Positions 1 to 13,000 of a DNA stretch of 64,000 nt are shown here, one piece after another. Within the stretch, counting starts at the first letter, position 1. The number at the start of each line of letters is the position of its first letter. The translations under genes and the position numbers were made by a program. Origin of the DNA: Camelus ferus (lineage: Eukaryota). The DNA lies in NCBI RefSeq assembly GCF_009834535.1, contig NC_045697.1, forward strand, positions 41,976,001 through 42,040,000, in the 5' to 3' direction. The notes beneath the pieces are model-generated. The model was given only the letters and a program-made list of their open reading frames with translations. It made no database searches and was not told where the DNA came from.

Positions 1-729
1 TATAAAAATAAGCCTTTTTGTGTTTGAGTTTAAGTTCATTCACTCATAGTGTTAAAGATACAGCTATTGGGCCCTATACATATTTTTCTAGACATACTAA
101 GGTAACTTGGAACAGAGAACCTACAGGGAGTATGAGCCTAGGTGCAATTAAAAAAAAAAGTCTCATATTCAAGTTTCTTTGATAATGTGTGTCTGTGAAT
201 ATTTTTAATTTAATTTTGCCCTTCCTTGGAAAACAATTCTTCTCACTTAGCAAAATAATCTCAGGGGAAAATATCAGTGACTAAAGTTTTGGATTCAATA
301 GTCTGATATTTTTAATCTCAGAAGTCTCATTGATTTCATAGTTGTTCTCAAACAGTATCTCACAGTATGCATGTTCCTGGCTCATGCCCCAAGCTCAGAT
401 GTCACTGATTTCTTTATCTTAAAAGTATTGACTTGGCTTCTATGATTAAGAAGCAAAGTGTTTCAATTCTAAATATTCATGTTCACCATGCCTCTGTCAG
501 ATTGACCACAGACAAAGTAGTAATCCAATTAAAATCTAGGTTAATTTGCAATAGTGAAAATTAATATAATAATCTTTCCACTTCTAAAATACATTAAGTA
601 GAAATTGTTGTTTTTCTTGACAGTTATTTTAACATGCTTTGATTTCCTACACAAAGAAAGCACTGTAACAAAACACAATTAACCAGCAAGGCCAGATATC
701 ATGACAATAATACAACCATAATGCAACAT

Positions 730-2060
730 GAATTTTTATTGCATTTCTTCTCTAGGTCAGATGATGTTTTGTGTGCTGAAGATATAGCAGCATAGAAAGT
801 AGATAGTGACTCTGTTCTCATGAAGCTTATAATTTAATGAAGGGAGAAATACATACATCCAACCATACATAAATTTTAAATCACAAGGGGATTATTAAAT
901 GATGTAAAATGTTGTTGTAGTTAATTAAAATAGGGTGTTTTGTGTGAAAGTGCTTGGGTGGCTCATTTGGAATGACTGTTCAGAGAACTTTCTGAGCAGG
1001 TGATGTTTTATCTGAGCTCTAGATGCTAAGAAAAGTCCCTCCAAGTGAAGATGAAGGGGAGAATGGTTATATCTGAGAGGAAGGCAGGCGTGATCAGGTC
1101 CTGCTTTATAAGCTAAGGTTGTGTTTGAGTCCTTACTCTATGTGCAGTGAGAAGCCATTGAGGGATTTTGAGCATGGTAACATCTGGTTTGTATTTTCAA
1201 AAGAACGCACTGGCTATGACTAGAAAATGGATTGTAGAGGGACAAGAATGTAAGAAACCCAGACTATCAGGACAGTGAAGGCCAGTGGCCATTAAGATGA
1301 AGAACAGTGATGTTATTTGGATGATGTCTTGGAGGTAACCAGTAATTGGTAATGTGCTGCATGTGGGGCTTAAAGAAAGAAGGGAGACAAGAATAATGCC
1401 TAGAGCAGTGTGTGAGTACTGGAGCAATGGATGATCTCAGACACTATGATGGGAAGGTAGAGGAGAGAAGAAACAAGATTGCGGGAAAAATCAAGAGTTC
1501 ACTTTAGGCTCTATTCAATTTGAAATGTCCATTAGATGTACAGCAAAATGAGAAGCAGGATTTTGATATATGAGTCTCAAGTTCTAGAGACAGATCCAAC
1601 TGGAGATTTAGTTTTAAGAGTCATCAGACTATCAATTGCATGTGAAGTCAAGAAATTAATTAGCATAATTTATGGAGAAAGTGTAGACGGGTTAAAGCAG
1701 GTGATCAAGGGAAGATCTCCAGAGCACACCAGCCTCTAGAGGACCTACAATGGAGAGGGGACCAGAAAGAGGACTGAGGAGTGAGGCCAGAGAAGGAGGG
1801 GCTGGTGCAGGATCCTGAAAGCTGTGGCAAGAAAGGGCTACGAGAAATGATCATCTGTAGCCAACGCCCTGAGCAGTCAAGTGAGAGCATAACTAGAAAA
1901 CTGACTAATAGCTTTGGCCAAGAAGCTATTGGTGAATGTGATAAAGGTAAGGCCCATGAAGTGGTAGAAAACCAAGCCCAGTTCCAGTGGGTTGAAGAAG
2001 GAACCTGAGATGAGAATGTGGAGACAGTTATTACAGATAATCCTTCAAAACATTTCAATT
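730..2060 (-). mobile_element. L2 LINE fragment (ancient)
   Basis: Antisense L2-like phrases such as gagaagccattgagggattttgagc, tttgaaatgtccattagat and atgagtctcaagttctagaga; purine-rich degenerate sequence. Confidence 0.8.
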
Positions 2061-2499
2061 CATCAGTTTCTTCTTAATTATATGTGAAAGATCTTAACTC
2101 TCTTTTGTTTTTCCCATTTGTTTTTAGATCCTTAGTTTTGTTTTCACTGAAGCAGGAGGAAGGATTATACTCATAAAGCTGTTAGCTGTAGTATTCTTAT
2201 TGCTTTAATCTTTGATTTATTTGTATTTTATTTTTACTTCATTTCAAATTCATTAACTTAGTTTCTTAGTACCATTTAGTGTATAGTTCTTCCTGTACCA
2301 ATAAATGTGAAATGCAAAATCATAATCATAATCATAAGAAGAAGTTTTGATGTGAAATGGAGCAGACAAATGAATCAGTAGCTAAAGAAAAATGCAGATA
2401 CCAAGGTGTCTTGTGTTTTGTTTTATTTTGTTTTAGAGAAGGATATAATAGAGTCTATTTATGTGCTGCTGGCAATGGTTCAGTAGAAACTGAACAATA

Positions 2500-3600
2500 A
2501 TCCCAGAACCATTTATTGAGACATAATGTCTTTTCCCAACTGATCTTCCTATGTCGGTTGTGTTATTAAATTACTTTTCATAGATGTGAGGATCTATCTT
2601 TAAGTTATTAATTCTGCTCAATTGGTCAATTAGTATATCCTTGCACCAATCCTACAATATATTAATCATTGTATCTTCACATTTGATAAGGCAAGTCTTG
2701 TTTCATGCTGCTTCATCAGAAATGTCATATCTATTCTTGGCTGTTTATACCTCCATATAAATGTGAACCTGCTTGTCAATACCTCCTTCCGAAGTATCCT
2801 GCTAGGATATTTATTGGCACTGCGTTGAATCCATAGGTCATTGCCTTCCTACAATATTAAACCTCCTGTAATATTAATAGAGTCTTTACAGGGTTAAGAC
2901 TTCCAATTCATAAAGCTATTGTATTTCTCCATTAATATAGGTTTATTCATGTATTTCTAAAAATGATTATAATTTGTATATTTTGTATCTGTAAGCATAT
3001 ATACAAATTTGTATTTGTATATATATATTTGTATACCTACAGTATATATATTTATATTAGTATATTTTGATATACCTTGTATATTTTCATGATCTTAAAA
3101 TGGCATTTAAAATATGTTTTTGAGTTTTTACTGCTATTTTATGGAAATGTGTATTAATTTTGTATACATCAACCTTGCTAAAACTCCCTTATCATAAGAT
3201 ATTTCGGGGTTTCTAGACATGGATATTGCCTATAAATAACGGCAGTTGTGTATCTTCTGCTCTGATCCTATACATCTTCCTTTATCTTACTGGGTGCTGA
3301 CAAGGACCCACTAATCAAATAGTGAACTGATGTAATGATAACAAATATTCTTAACTTAATTCTGGTCAATGTGTCATTAACTGTGATGACAGAGGTTTTT
3401 AATAAGCTATTCTTCATTACTTTCAGGCCCTTCTCTTCTATTCCTAATTTGCTAAGATTTGTTTCGTCTTTAATATCATGAATAGACACTAAATTTTATT
3501 AAAACATTTTTGTATCTATGGAAATAATCAGGTTAATTTTCTACTGTAACTTAATATAATATTAATAATTAATTCTTAAATTTAAGTGAAGCCGAGCTGA
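2500..3600 (-). mobile_element. Ancient L1M (L1ME-like) ORF2 remnants
   Basis: T-rich antisense L1 motifs (cccagaaccatttattgag, ggcactgcgttgaatccatagg, cttctattcctaatttgctaaga); TA-rich tract at ~2990-3090. Confidence 0.7.
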
Positions 3601-3830
3601 TGCTATATTTATACAATATTTCATTTCCCTCCTGAGCACACTGCAAGATTTCATTTCCCACTCACTCTTGTATTTAGATGAGATCATGTGACTGAGTTGT
3701 GACCAATAAATAGCAGATTGGCAAAAGTGATGTATTTCCAAACTTGGCTATAAAACGTCCTGAGTGATCTTCCTCTCTGTCTGTTCCAATTTGTATAGCT
3801 GGAAAAACGTGTCCTTAAATTATAAAGCTA
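3600..3830 (+). mobile_element. MLT1 (ERVL-MaLR) LTR fragment
   Basis: catttcccactcactcttgtatttagatgagatcatgtgactgagttgtgaccaat resembles MLT1J/I-type LTRs. Confidence 0.6.
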
Positions 3831-4649
3831 CAAACTAAGTGTGTTTAATCCCAGACGTAATTGTGTATAGTATGTATGTATACAAACACACACAGATATG
3901 TATGGATGTGTGTGTGTGTGAGGTTCTCCTGGAACAGTCTTCCCACCAATGCTTGGAGAACACCATCATTTTATGAGAGCTCTAAAACTTTCAGGAAACC
4001 ATAATATCACAATGGCTACTACTTGAATTTTTCTGGTGGTGACAATGCATTACTAAGACAGGAAGCATAGTAGTGTCACTGAAGGAATCTGAGCCCCTAA
4101 ATTGTCATGGTTCCTTAAGATGTCAAGAGTAGGGCCATATTTTACTGCTTTATCCCCAATAGTTTAGAAGATATCAGGCATATAGAATACAGATAATAGC
4201 TATACTTGAACACATGAAGCCACCTAATCTTTTGGTGAGTTTCATTACCTATAACATAGGGATACTTAAAAATATAGTACATACTTGAACTAATACAGAG
4301 GATGCTTTGAAGATTAAAATTAAATAAGGAATGCAGCATTTGTAAACTGTGACATGCTATAAAAAGATAATATTACTTTTTCTTTTATTCTCCCAAGATA
4401 ACTCATTTTGTCTAATAATAATAGATACTCAAGGATAAAATTGGTTTTCCTAGGTGACTTGAGCTCCGTTTCATCAGAGGAATTCAAACATGACCTGAGA
4501 AATCATGTAGTGGAGTTGATAGGAAGTTGTGTGCCCTTTGACTTCCTGATTTAAGGCTCCTTTCCAATAGGGAGACACCATGATTTAAGGGAGCAGGAAG
4601 GTGAGGGAAACATGCATTCACTGGGATTTCTTTAACTAGAGAAAGCAAT

Positions 4650-4865
4650 AAAGAGTACAGGCTTTAAATTCTGACTTCCACATTCTAAACATATGACTTG
4701 GATAAAATTATTATAAATATTTGTACCTCTGTTTTCTCATTAGTAAAATGGATTCAAAAAAGAGCTTTCTATATTATTCATAGGTTTAAATAAAATTATG
4801 CATATGAAGTGTTTAGCACAATACCTGATGTATGGTTAGGCGTCAAGAAATAGTAGCCATTATTA
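4650..4865 (+). mobile_element. MIR SINE
   Basis: MIR core (cctctgttttctcattagtaaaatgg) and 3' end (gtgtttagcacaatacctgatgtatggttag). Confidence 0.7.
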
Positions 4866-5690
4866 AGATTGTTTTTCATCTAAGTCTAATTTGGTAATAC
4901 ATTGGGTACAGGACAGAGCTTTAACTCAATAAATATTATCTATCACTGTTTATGTCTGTAGTCTAATAGAACAATACATGTTGAAAAGTGATCATACATA
5001 TATATAGATATAATGTTTCTCAAAGTAATATACATTGAAGAATAAACGAGGCCTGAGCAACATACTGGTTGATACATCTGTGAGTTTTCAGGTTCACCTT
5101 CCTGGGAAGTTTTCTTTGGCAAACTGGGAAATGAAAACCAGCAAGCCTCTGACCTGGAACTTGGCAGAGTTCTAAACAACAATTTCCTCGGCTCACTCAG
5201 ACCATTATGCCACCTACTAACAACAGGCAGGTGGAGATTAGGAAAAAAGAAAGTCTATTTCTCTTTTTTCCTAAAAATTATATAATTAACTATTAATTTA
5301 TGACATAAGTCAGATACTCAGAACTCAGGGTGCAATAGTCATGCTGGCTTCCTTTTCATTCCAGTCAAGATAATCAACGTCCAATTTTGTACCAGAGGCA
5401 CTGGTGACCTAATTTTTGGATAAGACAATAAATTGTTCAACTTTACTAATGTTCATTAAATCTTCTTTTTCTCTCAAAAAATATAGCTTATGTCCTACAG
5501 ATATCTCCAAAGGGTAGAAACTATCTTCAACTATTTCTATTTTTAATGAAAAGTAAAAACGTGTAGGTAATCACCGTTTGTGGTTACCTATGTGTTTATC
5601 CAGTACTTTCTGAGAATCTAAAATCTCAATTTAAATCTAGTTGTATTTTATGATTATTATAGCCATCAAAGTATAAGAATCTATTGGAAA

Positions 5691-5883
5691 CCGTAAGTTT
5701 GTTTTCTATCTGTGAGTCTATTTCTGTTTCATAAATAAGTCCATTTGTGTCATTTTTTAGATTCCATATACAAGTGTTATCATAAAATATGTGCCTTTCT
5801 TTGTATTATATATGCATAACTGAATCGCTTGCTGTATAACAGAAATTAATACAACACTGTAAATCAACTATACTTCCATAAAA
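5691..5883 (+). mobile_element. Short 5'-inverted L1 3'-end insertion
   Basis: Antisense L1 3'UTR at 5691-~5800, then the sense L1 terminus (taactgaatc...gtaaatcaactatacttc) and a short A tail. Near-identical flanking TSD: aagaatctattggaaa (5675-5690) and aagaaccatattggaaa (5884-5900). Confidence 0.8.
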
Positions 5884-6925
5884 AAGAACCATATTGGAAA
5901 TATTTGTCTACACATAGTGAAAACAAAAGTTAAAGAGGTAACAGTTACCTCTTAGATAGACAAAATAAAACGCTATTTCAGAAAGCATAAGGAAAGGTTC
6001 CAAATTTCTCTGCTGAGGAAAATAAAAAAGTACCAACAAATCATTTGTATTTCTGCATTCTCTTTACCCACAAACCGTACAAAAAATATTTCCTTGCATG
6101 CATTTATAGCAGTAGTATTAAGAAAGAAATTTGAATTTTAAAGATATAAACAAAAAGAGGTACTCTTAATATATCTCAAAAGACTTCTTTTTGAAGAGCA
6201 CATGTTTGGGTGAAACATATGTTCTATGTCTAGTGAAAATCTGTTTTCACTAGATTTTCTAAAATAATGGCTGTTAGTCATAGAAAAATATTGAATTAAA
6301 AGTAGACTCTATAATACAGTTCTTCATTATGACAGATGAATTTTAGTAAGCAAGGTAGAATTTTATGTTAGCATTTGTTCTTAACTAGAAAATTTCACAG
6401 TATCTTGTGACAAAGCAGGACCCTAAGGGGCTTTCCTGGAACAGACACCCCTGCAATCCAGAAAGACAAGAAAAACAAAACACAAATGGTGCCTCCAAAA
6501 CTAAATGCTGGCATCCAAAGAAACAAAGAATCGGTTCACAAATAGGGTAGAAGTCCAACAGCTATTCCTCTCTCCAACACAGTACCCCACAACAACAACA
6601 AACAAACAGGCTTATTCTGCAGAGGAAAAGCCCAGGGTGCAGAGGAAGGGAGTTTGGGGTTGTAAATACCAAAGTGATTCAGCTTCCTACATCGAGTCCA
6701 TCCACTCCCAAATGTCTGCCCATTAGCAGAGACAGACCAAAACCAGAGCCTTGTTTCCTTCAGCATAGAATTGAAAGTGCTGTGGCCCAACAATGCCTGG
6801 TCAGTGGTGAGCACTTGGGACTGTCCCTGAGACAAAGGTGCTCAGGCAGCTGCTGGACAGGATCCAAGAGCCACCGCTGGGGGGGGAGGGCTGATGTGTC
6901 AAGGGCAAGACACATCAGGACTTCA

Positions 6926-6943
6926 GTCCCACCTGGGGTGCCA
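6926..6943 (-). other. Retroviral primer-binding site for tRNA-Arg(CCT)
   Basis: Plus strand GTCCCACCTGGGGTGCCA matches the recalled 3' 18 nt (including CCA) of mammalian tRNA-Arg(CCT). It lies 4 nt from the antisense LTR end at 6948. Confidence 0.8.
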
Positions 6944-6947
6944 AAAT

Positions 6948-7201
6948 TGTTACCAAACCAAACTTGGGTCTGCTTGCCCATGTACAGTAAAGCCAATCTA
7001 CTGACACTGGGTGGTGGTGAAGGGAAGTGCAGCGTTTACTGCAGGGCACCAAGCAAGGAGTTTGGGTCTTTTAATTACTAGCTACCTGGACTCCTTGCTT
7101 GGTGTCCTGCAATAAACACTACCCTTTCCTTTACCACCACCCAGTGTCAGTAGATTGGTTTTACTGCCTGAACAAGGAGACCCAAGTTTGGTTCAGTAAC
7201 A
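6948..7201. repeat. Long imperfect inverted repeat (arms 6948-7061 and 7090-7201)
   Basis: Manual alignment gives ~86% identity over ~114 bp, including a 26-bp perfect run (ccaatctactgacactgggtggtggt); 28-nt loop. Confidence 0.95.
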
Positions 7202-7839
7202 TATTCAGCCATTTCTATTTAATAATAAAAAATACATTTTATTTGATTGTCTTTAAAATATACCCAGTGATTCAACAACAGATGCCATATTTGACAGATT
7301 TGGAGTCCATCCAAGAATTTTCCTAATGGAAATTTGAGAGGTAACCTGACCCCTAAATTGATTTTTATATCTATATATCACATAATCTTAGAGCTGGAAA
7401 GTACTTTAAAATTACTCAGTTCATTATCCTACAAAATACCTCAATTCTGTGTCATTCATCTTCCGCTGATCACTCCAGTGAAAAGGCTCTTATTACTTCT
7501 TGAGGAAGTTCATTCCATAATGGTGGCCTGTAGTCCTTTGCAAGATGTGCTTCACAGCCAACTAAAATCTGACACTTGAGAATCTCTGCTGCCCTCCAGC
7601 CCCCAAAACATCTGACTGATAATGTCCTCTGGCTCTAGACATCTCTGAAGACAGCTAGGATCCCAACACTAAGTTTCTCCTCCCCTGTTTATATATTTTT
7701 TAATCCACTCAGAAAGGTTAGTGTCCAAACACCTCATCATACATACAGCCTACTCTGAATCCAAGCTTGTTTGTCATTAACTGTTAAGTCATGGTGATCT
7801 GAACCCAGTACTTCATATGAAGAGCCACTGAGCAGAAAC

Positions 7840-8015
7840 TAAGAGCATGAGTCAGACAGATTTTGCTTACATATAAGCTCTGCTCCTTGTGGAACAATCT
7901 TAGGCAAGTTCTTTATCCTCACTGTGCCTCAGTCTCTCCATCTGTAATACTAGCAACTGACTTACAGAAGAGCTTACCACAATGCCTGCACATGGTAAGT
8001 AGACAAAAATGCTAA
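7840..8015 (+). mobile_element. MIR SINE
   Basis: cttggcaagttctttatcctcactgtgcctcagtctctccatctgtaa ... aatgcctgcacatggtaagt. Confidence 0.75.
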
Positions 8016-9349
8016 TTTTTAAAAATATTGGACTATAATCTTTTATACTTGGACAGTGTAATTCAACTAAGGGGGTCTAACACCTGCTAACACTGCAGGT
8101 GTTCTGATTATGTTGTTGTTGCTTCCAGAGAGTATATGGTCACTCTCACATGAACTTTTATATCCATGCAAGTAATAATATTATATTCATTCAAGTAATG
8201 ATTTAACCTAAATGTATAAATATCTTTTTTGTATATTATATGTATATTCACACATTTTCTTTGCTAAATCTTCTTGTTAATATGGGTTAAGAAAATAATT
8301 TGGGGGGTAAAGCATAGTATCTATCATTATGTAAATTTTACAGTCTACAAAGAATTTTAAAATATATCACCTTGTTTAAACTGGGCAAAAATCTCATACT
8401 TTATTAATTTTATAATTAGCATATTGACATTTAACATCTTTTACCTGGGATATATATTAGAGACAAAGGAAGGTCATAGTTTAAATTACAGTGTTTGATT
8501 CTATTTAGTGATGCATAAACTAACTGGATGCTTTACATTTGATGTGGCTTTATATTAACTGAAATATGGTTTAAATGTGAAGAATAGGTACATTCATCAT
8601 AGGAACAACAAAATCTAAAGAAAATTATTTAGCAAACTTCTCTCCACTTTTCTAAGTAATTGTGGTCTATTCAGGGCTGCCCACACACTCCACACTTTAA
8701 ACACTTATTGGTCACCCCCTTTGTCAATAAATTAAATTACCTTATAATGCTTGCTACTTTTTAAATAATGTTTTATCTCCTTGTTTATACTTTCAAAAAT
8801 ACTTACGAAGTTTTACTAAATGCCAGACATTTTTCTAGGGGTTGAAAATATAGTACTTAAAAACAAACAAAAGGAAAATACAAAGCAACAAAATAAAAGG
8901 CATATCTTGTTTGTAGAGTTTACTTTGTAATGAGGGAGAGACATACATACGTGTGTAATATAGCACCGAGTGTTAAAGTTTTAAAGGTATTTTTAAATAA
9001 TTAAGGATAAAGAACTGAGTGTCATACTTTTAACCCCTCCACAGGTCATAACACATTGCCTTCTGCAGAGTAAATGGGCAATACACTCCATACTTTATGA
9101 TGGCCCATTTGGCAAGTCACATTTGCATACTGCCCAACTTCCCCTGTCACTGCCTTACTTTCTCTTATTTCTCTTATCGCCTCCATTCCATAGGTATCTT
9201 ACACATTCTCTCACAACCATCAATAAATTTTAACTCATAGGTAAGGGGCTTGATATCATTAATTTAACACATTCTCATATGCATTTATAAAACCTAACTA
9301 GAAGAAGAAATGGTTTTATTGACTCAAAGGCTGGGAGCCAAAATGGTAG

Positions 9350-9810
9350 AAGGAAGTGCATTATTAAAGACTTATATACAAATACATATACAGTGAATCT
9401 ACTCATAATCATCCCCAAATTGGAAATAACCCAAATGTCCTTCAGCAGGTGAACGGATAAACAAGCTCTGGTCCATCCATATAATTGAATATTACTCATT
9501 AGCAGAAAGAAAGGAGCTAAGGAAAACACAGAACAGCACGGATGAATTTCAGGTGCATTATGTTTAGTGAAAGAAGCCAGGCTCAAAGGCTACACGCTGT
9601 AGACTGCATTTATATTTGGAAACGATAAAACAATAGGAGCAGGAAAAATACCATTTGTTACCAGGGGCTGAAGGTGAGGGAGGGGAAGGCGGCGAAGGGG
9701 CATGAGGGAATTTTGTGGGGTGATGTAACAATCCTATGCTTTGATTGTGGTGGTGATTGCATAACTGTATGTAAATTATACCTCATAATCCTGATATTTA
9801 AAAAAATTCA
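9350..9810 (+). mobile_element. Old L1M 3' end
   Basis: ggaaataacccaaatgtccttcagcaggtgaacggataaacaa, agtgaaagaagccaggctcaaaggctacac and a G-rich 3'UTR tract. Confidence 0.85.
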
Positions 9811-11599
9811 GCGTCATTGATGCTCTGGGGGATTGGAGGGCTTCCCACTGCGCCAGTCCAGCCAAAAACTGGACTTCACCCTTATCCTGGTGTTCAGCCC
9901 CACCTGCAGTCTCACCCCCTGATCCTGAACTCCTTATCCAATGATACCCTCTCTACACATTTGCCCATAATCTATCCCATGCCCCATGCAACGGTCCTGT
10001 GAATTTCTCCTAACAAGAATGCCCAAGTCCTCTTTTGCTCTTTATTCTCATCCAAGTACCATGCTTGAAGACAGGAGTTATGAGCATTATGCATCTTTGT
10101 AAGCCTCTCCACAATATCTATCACACTCCATGCAGAGGAAATAGTAGTGTCTTTCAGATGGTAACAACTCTAAAATATTTGTAGAATGAGTGAATGAATA
10201 AATAAACGGATAAGCATGTGAATGAATTCCTTATATAACAAAGGCTCTTGGTGACCAGGCAACTCTAATTTCAATGATTCAAAAAGAACAATGCCTCAAT
10301 AGGATCTGTTTTTAACATAAATGGAAGATTAAATTTCCTTCTTCCCAGCTTCATTTTTGTCAACAATGACCCAGTTATCTCTGTCATAATCTTGGTTGGA
10401 TCTTTAGGTTTTTTTAATTCATTTTTCTCCCTCATCCTATCAATATGCAGGTTACTCTTTTCTGTTACTTCCCACATGGTTCTCTGTAATGCTCTCACCA
10501 GCACATTCTGCCCTACATCTCTGTCCATTCACAACCAACCTTACACAGAGCAAAGATGGGTCTTCTCCATCACCACAGTGAACACATCTTAAACATTTCA
10601 GACCCAACATGTAGCCTTCAAGGGTCACCTAGATGAAGTTAAAACTTTGCTTATGTTCATTCACAGGCTGTAAATGAAAATTGAGTGGGTGTGTGATTGG
10701 AGCGACTTGAATTGCAATACACAGACACACAAAGTCACATCAAAGTAAGCATCATCCACATTTTAGAATATTGGAAGCTGAGTTTAAATTTTCAAAACTG
10801 TGTACAAATGATGCTGTAAACATGAACCTAATCTTAACAATCTAGTCATGTATTTTGAAAACAGTCTCAATTACAGTACATCAAAACTCACAAATCCCCA
10901 AGGCAAACAAAACAAAACAAAAAGTAAACATTTGTCTTTTTGCTTTTTGCATTACACTGAATAACTCATTGACAATCTGTTAAGAAAAAAATTGAAAGGG
11001 ACTAATTATTTTGATTGTGTCAAAATATATATCTGTTTTTATAAGTTAAAATCTATAAAAACACTAATATGTAAATGGATATTGAAGTGTTTCAGTTAAA
11101 ATACGTTTAAGAAATATATCTTATTAAAACAGGTATCAATACATTATTAATTATTAATGAGGTTGACATCTATTTACTTTGGTGCCTGAAATAATCATTT
11201 TAATATATGCATTATCCTAATTTCAAGGAAACTGCATTTGTGCAAATATAACGTACATCTGTTTCTCTTAGCCCAAAAAAGAAAAGTAGATGTTAAGAAT
11301 TTGTTTCACTTCTCTCTTTCATTGTCTTTTCACCAAAACGTAAAAGAACATTTCCTTTTTTAAGTTCCTCCTCTCCTTTCATCTTATCATAGCCTCTCAT
11401 GTAATAGATTCAGAGAGAGAGAAGCTTTACTACACATGGGTGGGTGTGCACATTTTACTCACATTCGTTCTACCCAGAGAGAGAGAGAAAATGAGAGAGA
11501 CATAAATTCACAGGCCAACTGGAGTTGGGTGCAGATGAAATAACCTTTCAGAAGGAGAAATGTGCGCCCATGGGACTGACAGTCATTTGAATGGCCTTC

Positions 11600-11960
11600 T
11601 TTAGACTGAGGAACTAGATCCAAACCTCTGGTTATTCTGCCCTCGCAGACGAGACATGAAGGAAGTGTGATCTGACCACACTGCAGATGGTTTGGGTTAT
11701 CAGTTTTCAAAAAAGAATTTTATTAAATCCTCTTACCACATGTTTTCAGCCAGCTGGAGCCCCTATTTCATTGTACAAGTACATATAGTACACACGTGTG
11801 TGTGCGTGTCTCTATACGCATCTCAGTGTCACTAGCTCAACAGTTTGTGCTAATGGGAGAGTTTACAAGGTTCTTGAACATCTGTCAGGACCACCCAAGA
11901 AATTCTCCATCTTAAAAAGAGGAAACTGCAATCAACCAAAACCTGACCACATAAAATTTG
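11600..11960. promoter_or_regulatory. Candidate enhancer/promoter with ETS, RUNX, E-box and GATA motifs
   Basis: GAGGAACT 11608, GGAAGT 11661, TGACCACA 11673 and ~11944, CAGATG 11684, TTATCA 11697, all in apparently repeat-free sequence. Confidence 0.4.
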
Positions 11961-12739
11961 TAATGCAAAAACAGACTTTCCCTTTTATGACAACTGTTCC
12001 AAATTCTTGACTGACTGATGTTATTTATTTTATAGTAGGATGCAGCTATGCAAAAGGTATAATTGTTTTTTAAAGATGTAAACAAGAAAACAGCAAAAAG
12101 TAGCTAATTGTTATTAGGCAGCGGATACAACAAAGAGATAACATGATCATGAAGATAAAGGAGGCTTAAAGTCGAGTGTGGCGGTACATAAGAAGAAATA
12201 TAAATAGCAATGGACACAGAGATAACAGAAGTGGTCATTTCCTTAGCTCCTCTTTCTGTAAAACTTTAAAGCTCTTGAAATTATAGTAACAGGCTAATAA
12301 AATACTCAAAAGATTTTCATTCCATTTTCAGTGAAATATTTCTTCCTCTTCAAGATCAACTTGATTTATTAATTTCTAGGGAAAAGCTCTCAAGGAATAA
12401 ATTTTGCACATTATACCTACATAAAAAATAGAACAGTTTGGAGTAATCAGAGGGAAATACTTTATTTTTCTTTCCTTGCTGGAAGAGAGACTACAAAAGG
12501 GAAATGCTCATACAGGGTACATCCTAAAAACAATGAGAGTGATTTCCCATTTTTTCCCTCAGGGGTATCTGAAAATTAGCACATATGCATAGTTTACTTC
12601 ACATCAAACTCACAACAATACAAGTGTTCTCAAAATGGAATCAATATGCATTTATATAAATATTAAAAATAGAAGCTCAGACTTTTGTCCTTAATTTGAT
12701 AGTCACACATTTAAGTACTTACTCTGTATCCACCTGATT

Positions 12740-13000
12740 ATCTGACTAACGAACATGTTAAACTCAGCATTTCCAGAACCGAGCTCCTCATCTCATCCCC
12801 AACCACCATCACTCAACCTCCTCTCCCTGTAATCATTCCTGTCTCAGTTGATGTCAATTTTGGTCTTCAGGTTGTTTAGCCAAAATTCTTGAAGGTACCC
12901 TTGACTTCCCCTCTTTTACACCCACACCCAGTACATGAGCAACTCCTGTTGGCTCAGTGTTTAAAATACATCCACAACTGGCCCACTTCTCATTACTTCT
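12740..13000 (+). mobile_element. L2 fragment
   Basis: aaactcagcatttccagaaccgagctcctcatc ... caactcctgttggctc ... aaaatacatcc. Confidence 0.75.

Larger units (their letters stand above)
6406..7201 (+). mobile_element. Rearranged ERV1-like element: LTR start, inverted leader/PBS/LTR end, second LTR end
   Basis: Begins TGTGA, ends GTAACA, with AATAAA at 7111. The internal segment ~6460-7061 is antisense and carries an LTR 3' end abutting a primer-binding site. Confidence 0.75.

Noticed and set aside
6505..7326. Overlapping ORFs of 73-135 aa
   Set aside because: They lie mostly in ERV leader/LTR sequence and show no gag, pol or env similarity.
10271..10528. ORF with KKPKDP resembling an HMG-box pseudogene
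   Set aside because: No further HMG similarity; the nucleotide sequence looks like decayed L2.
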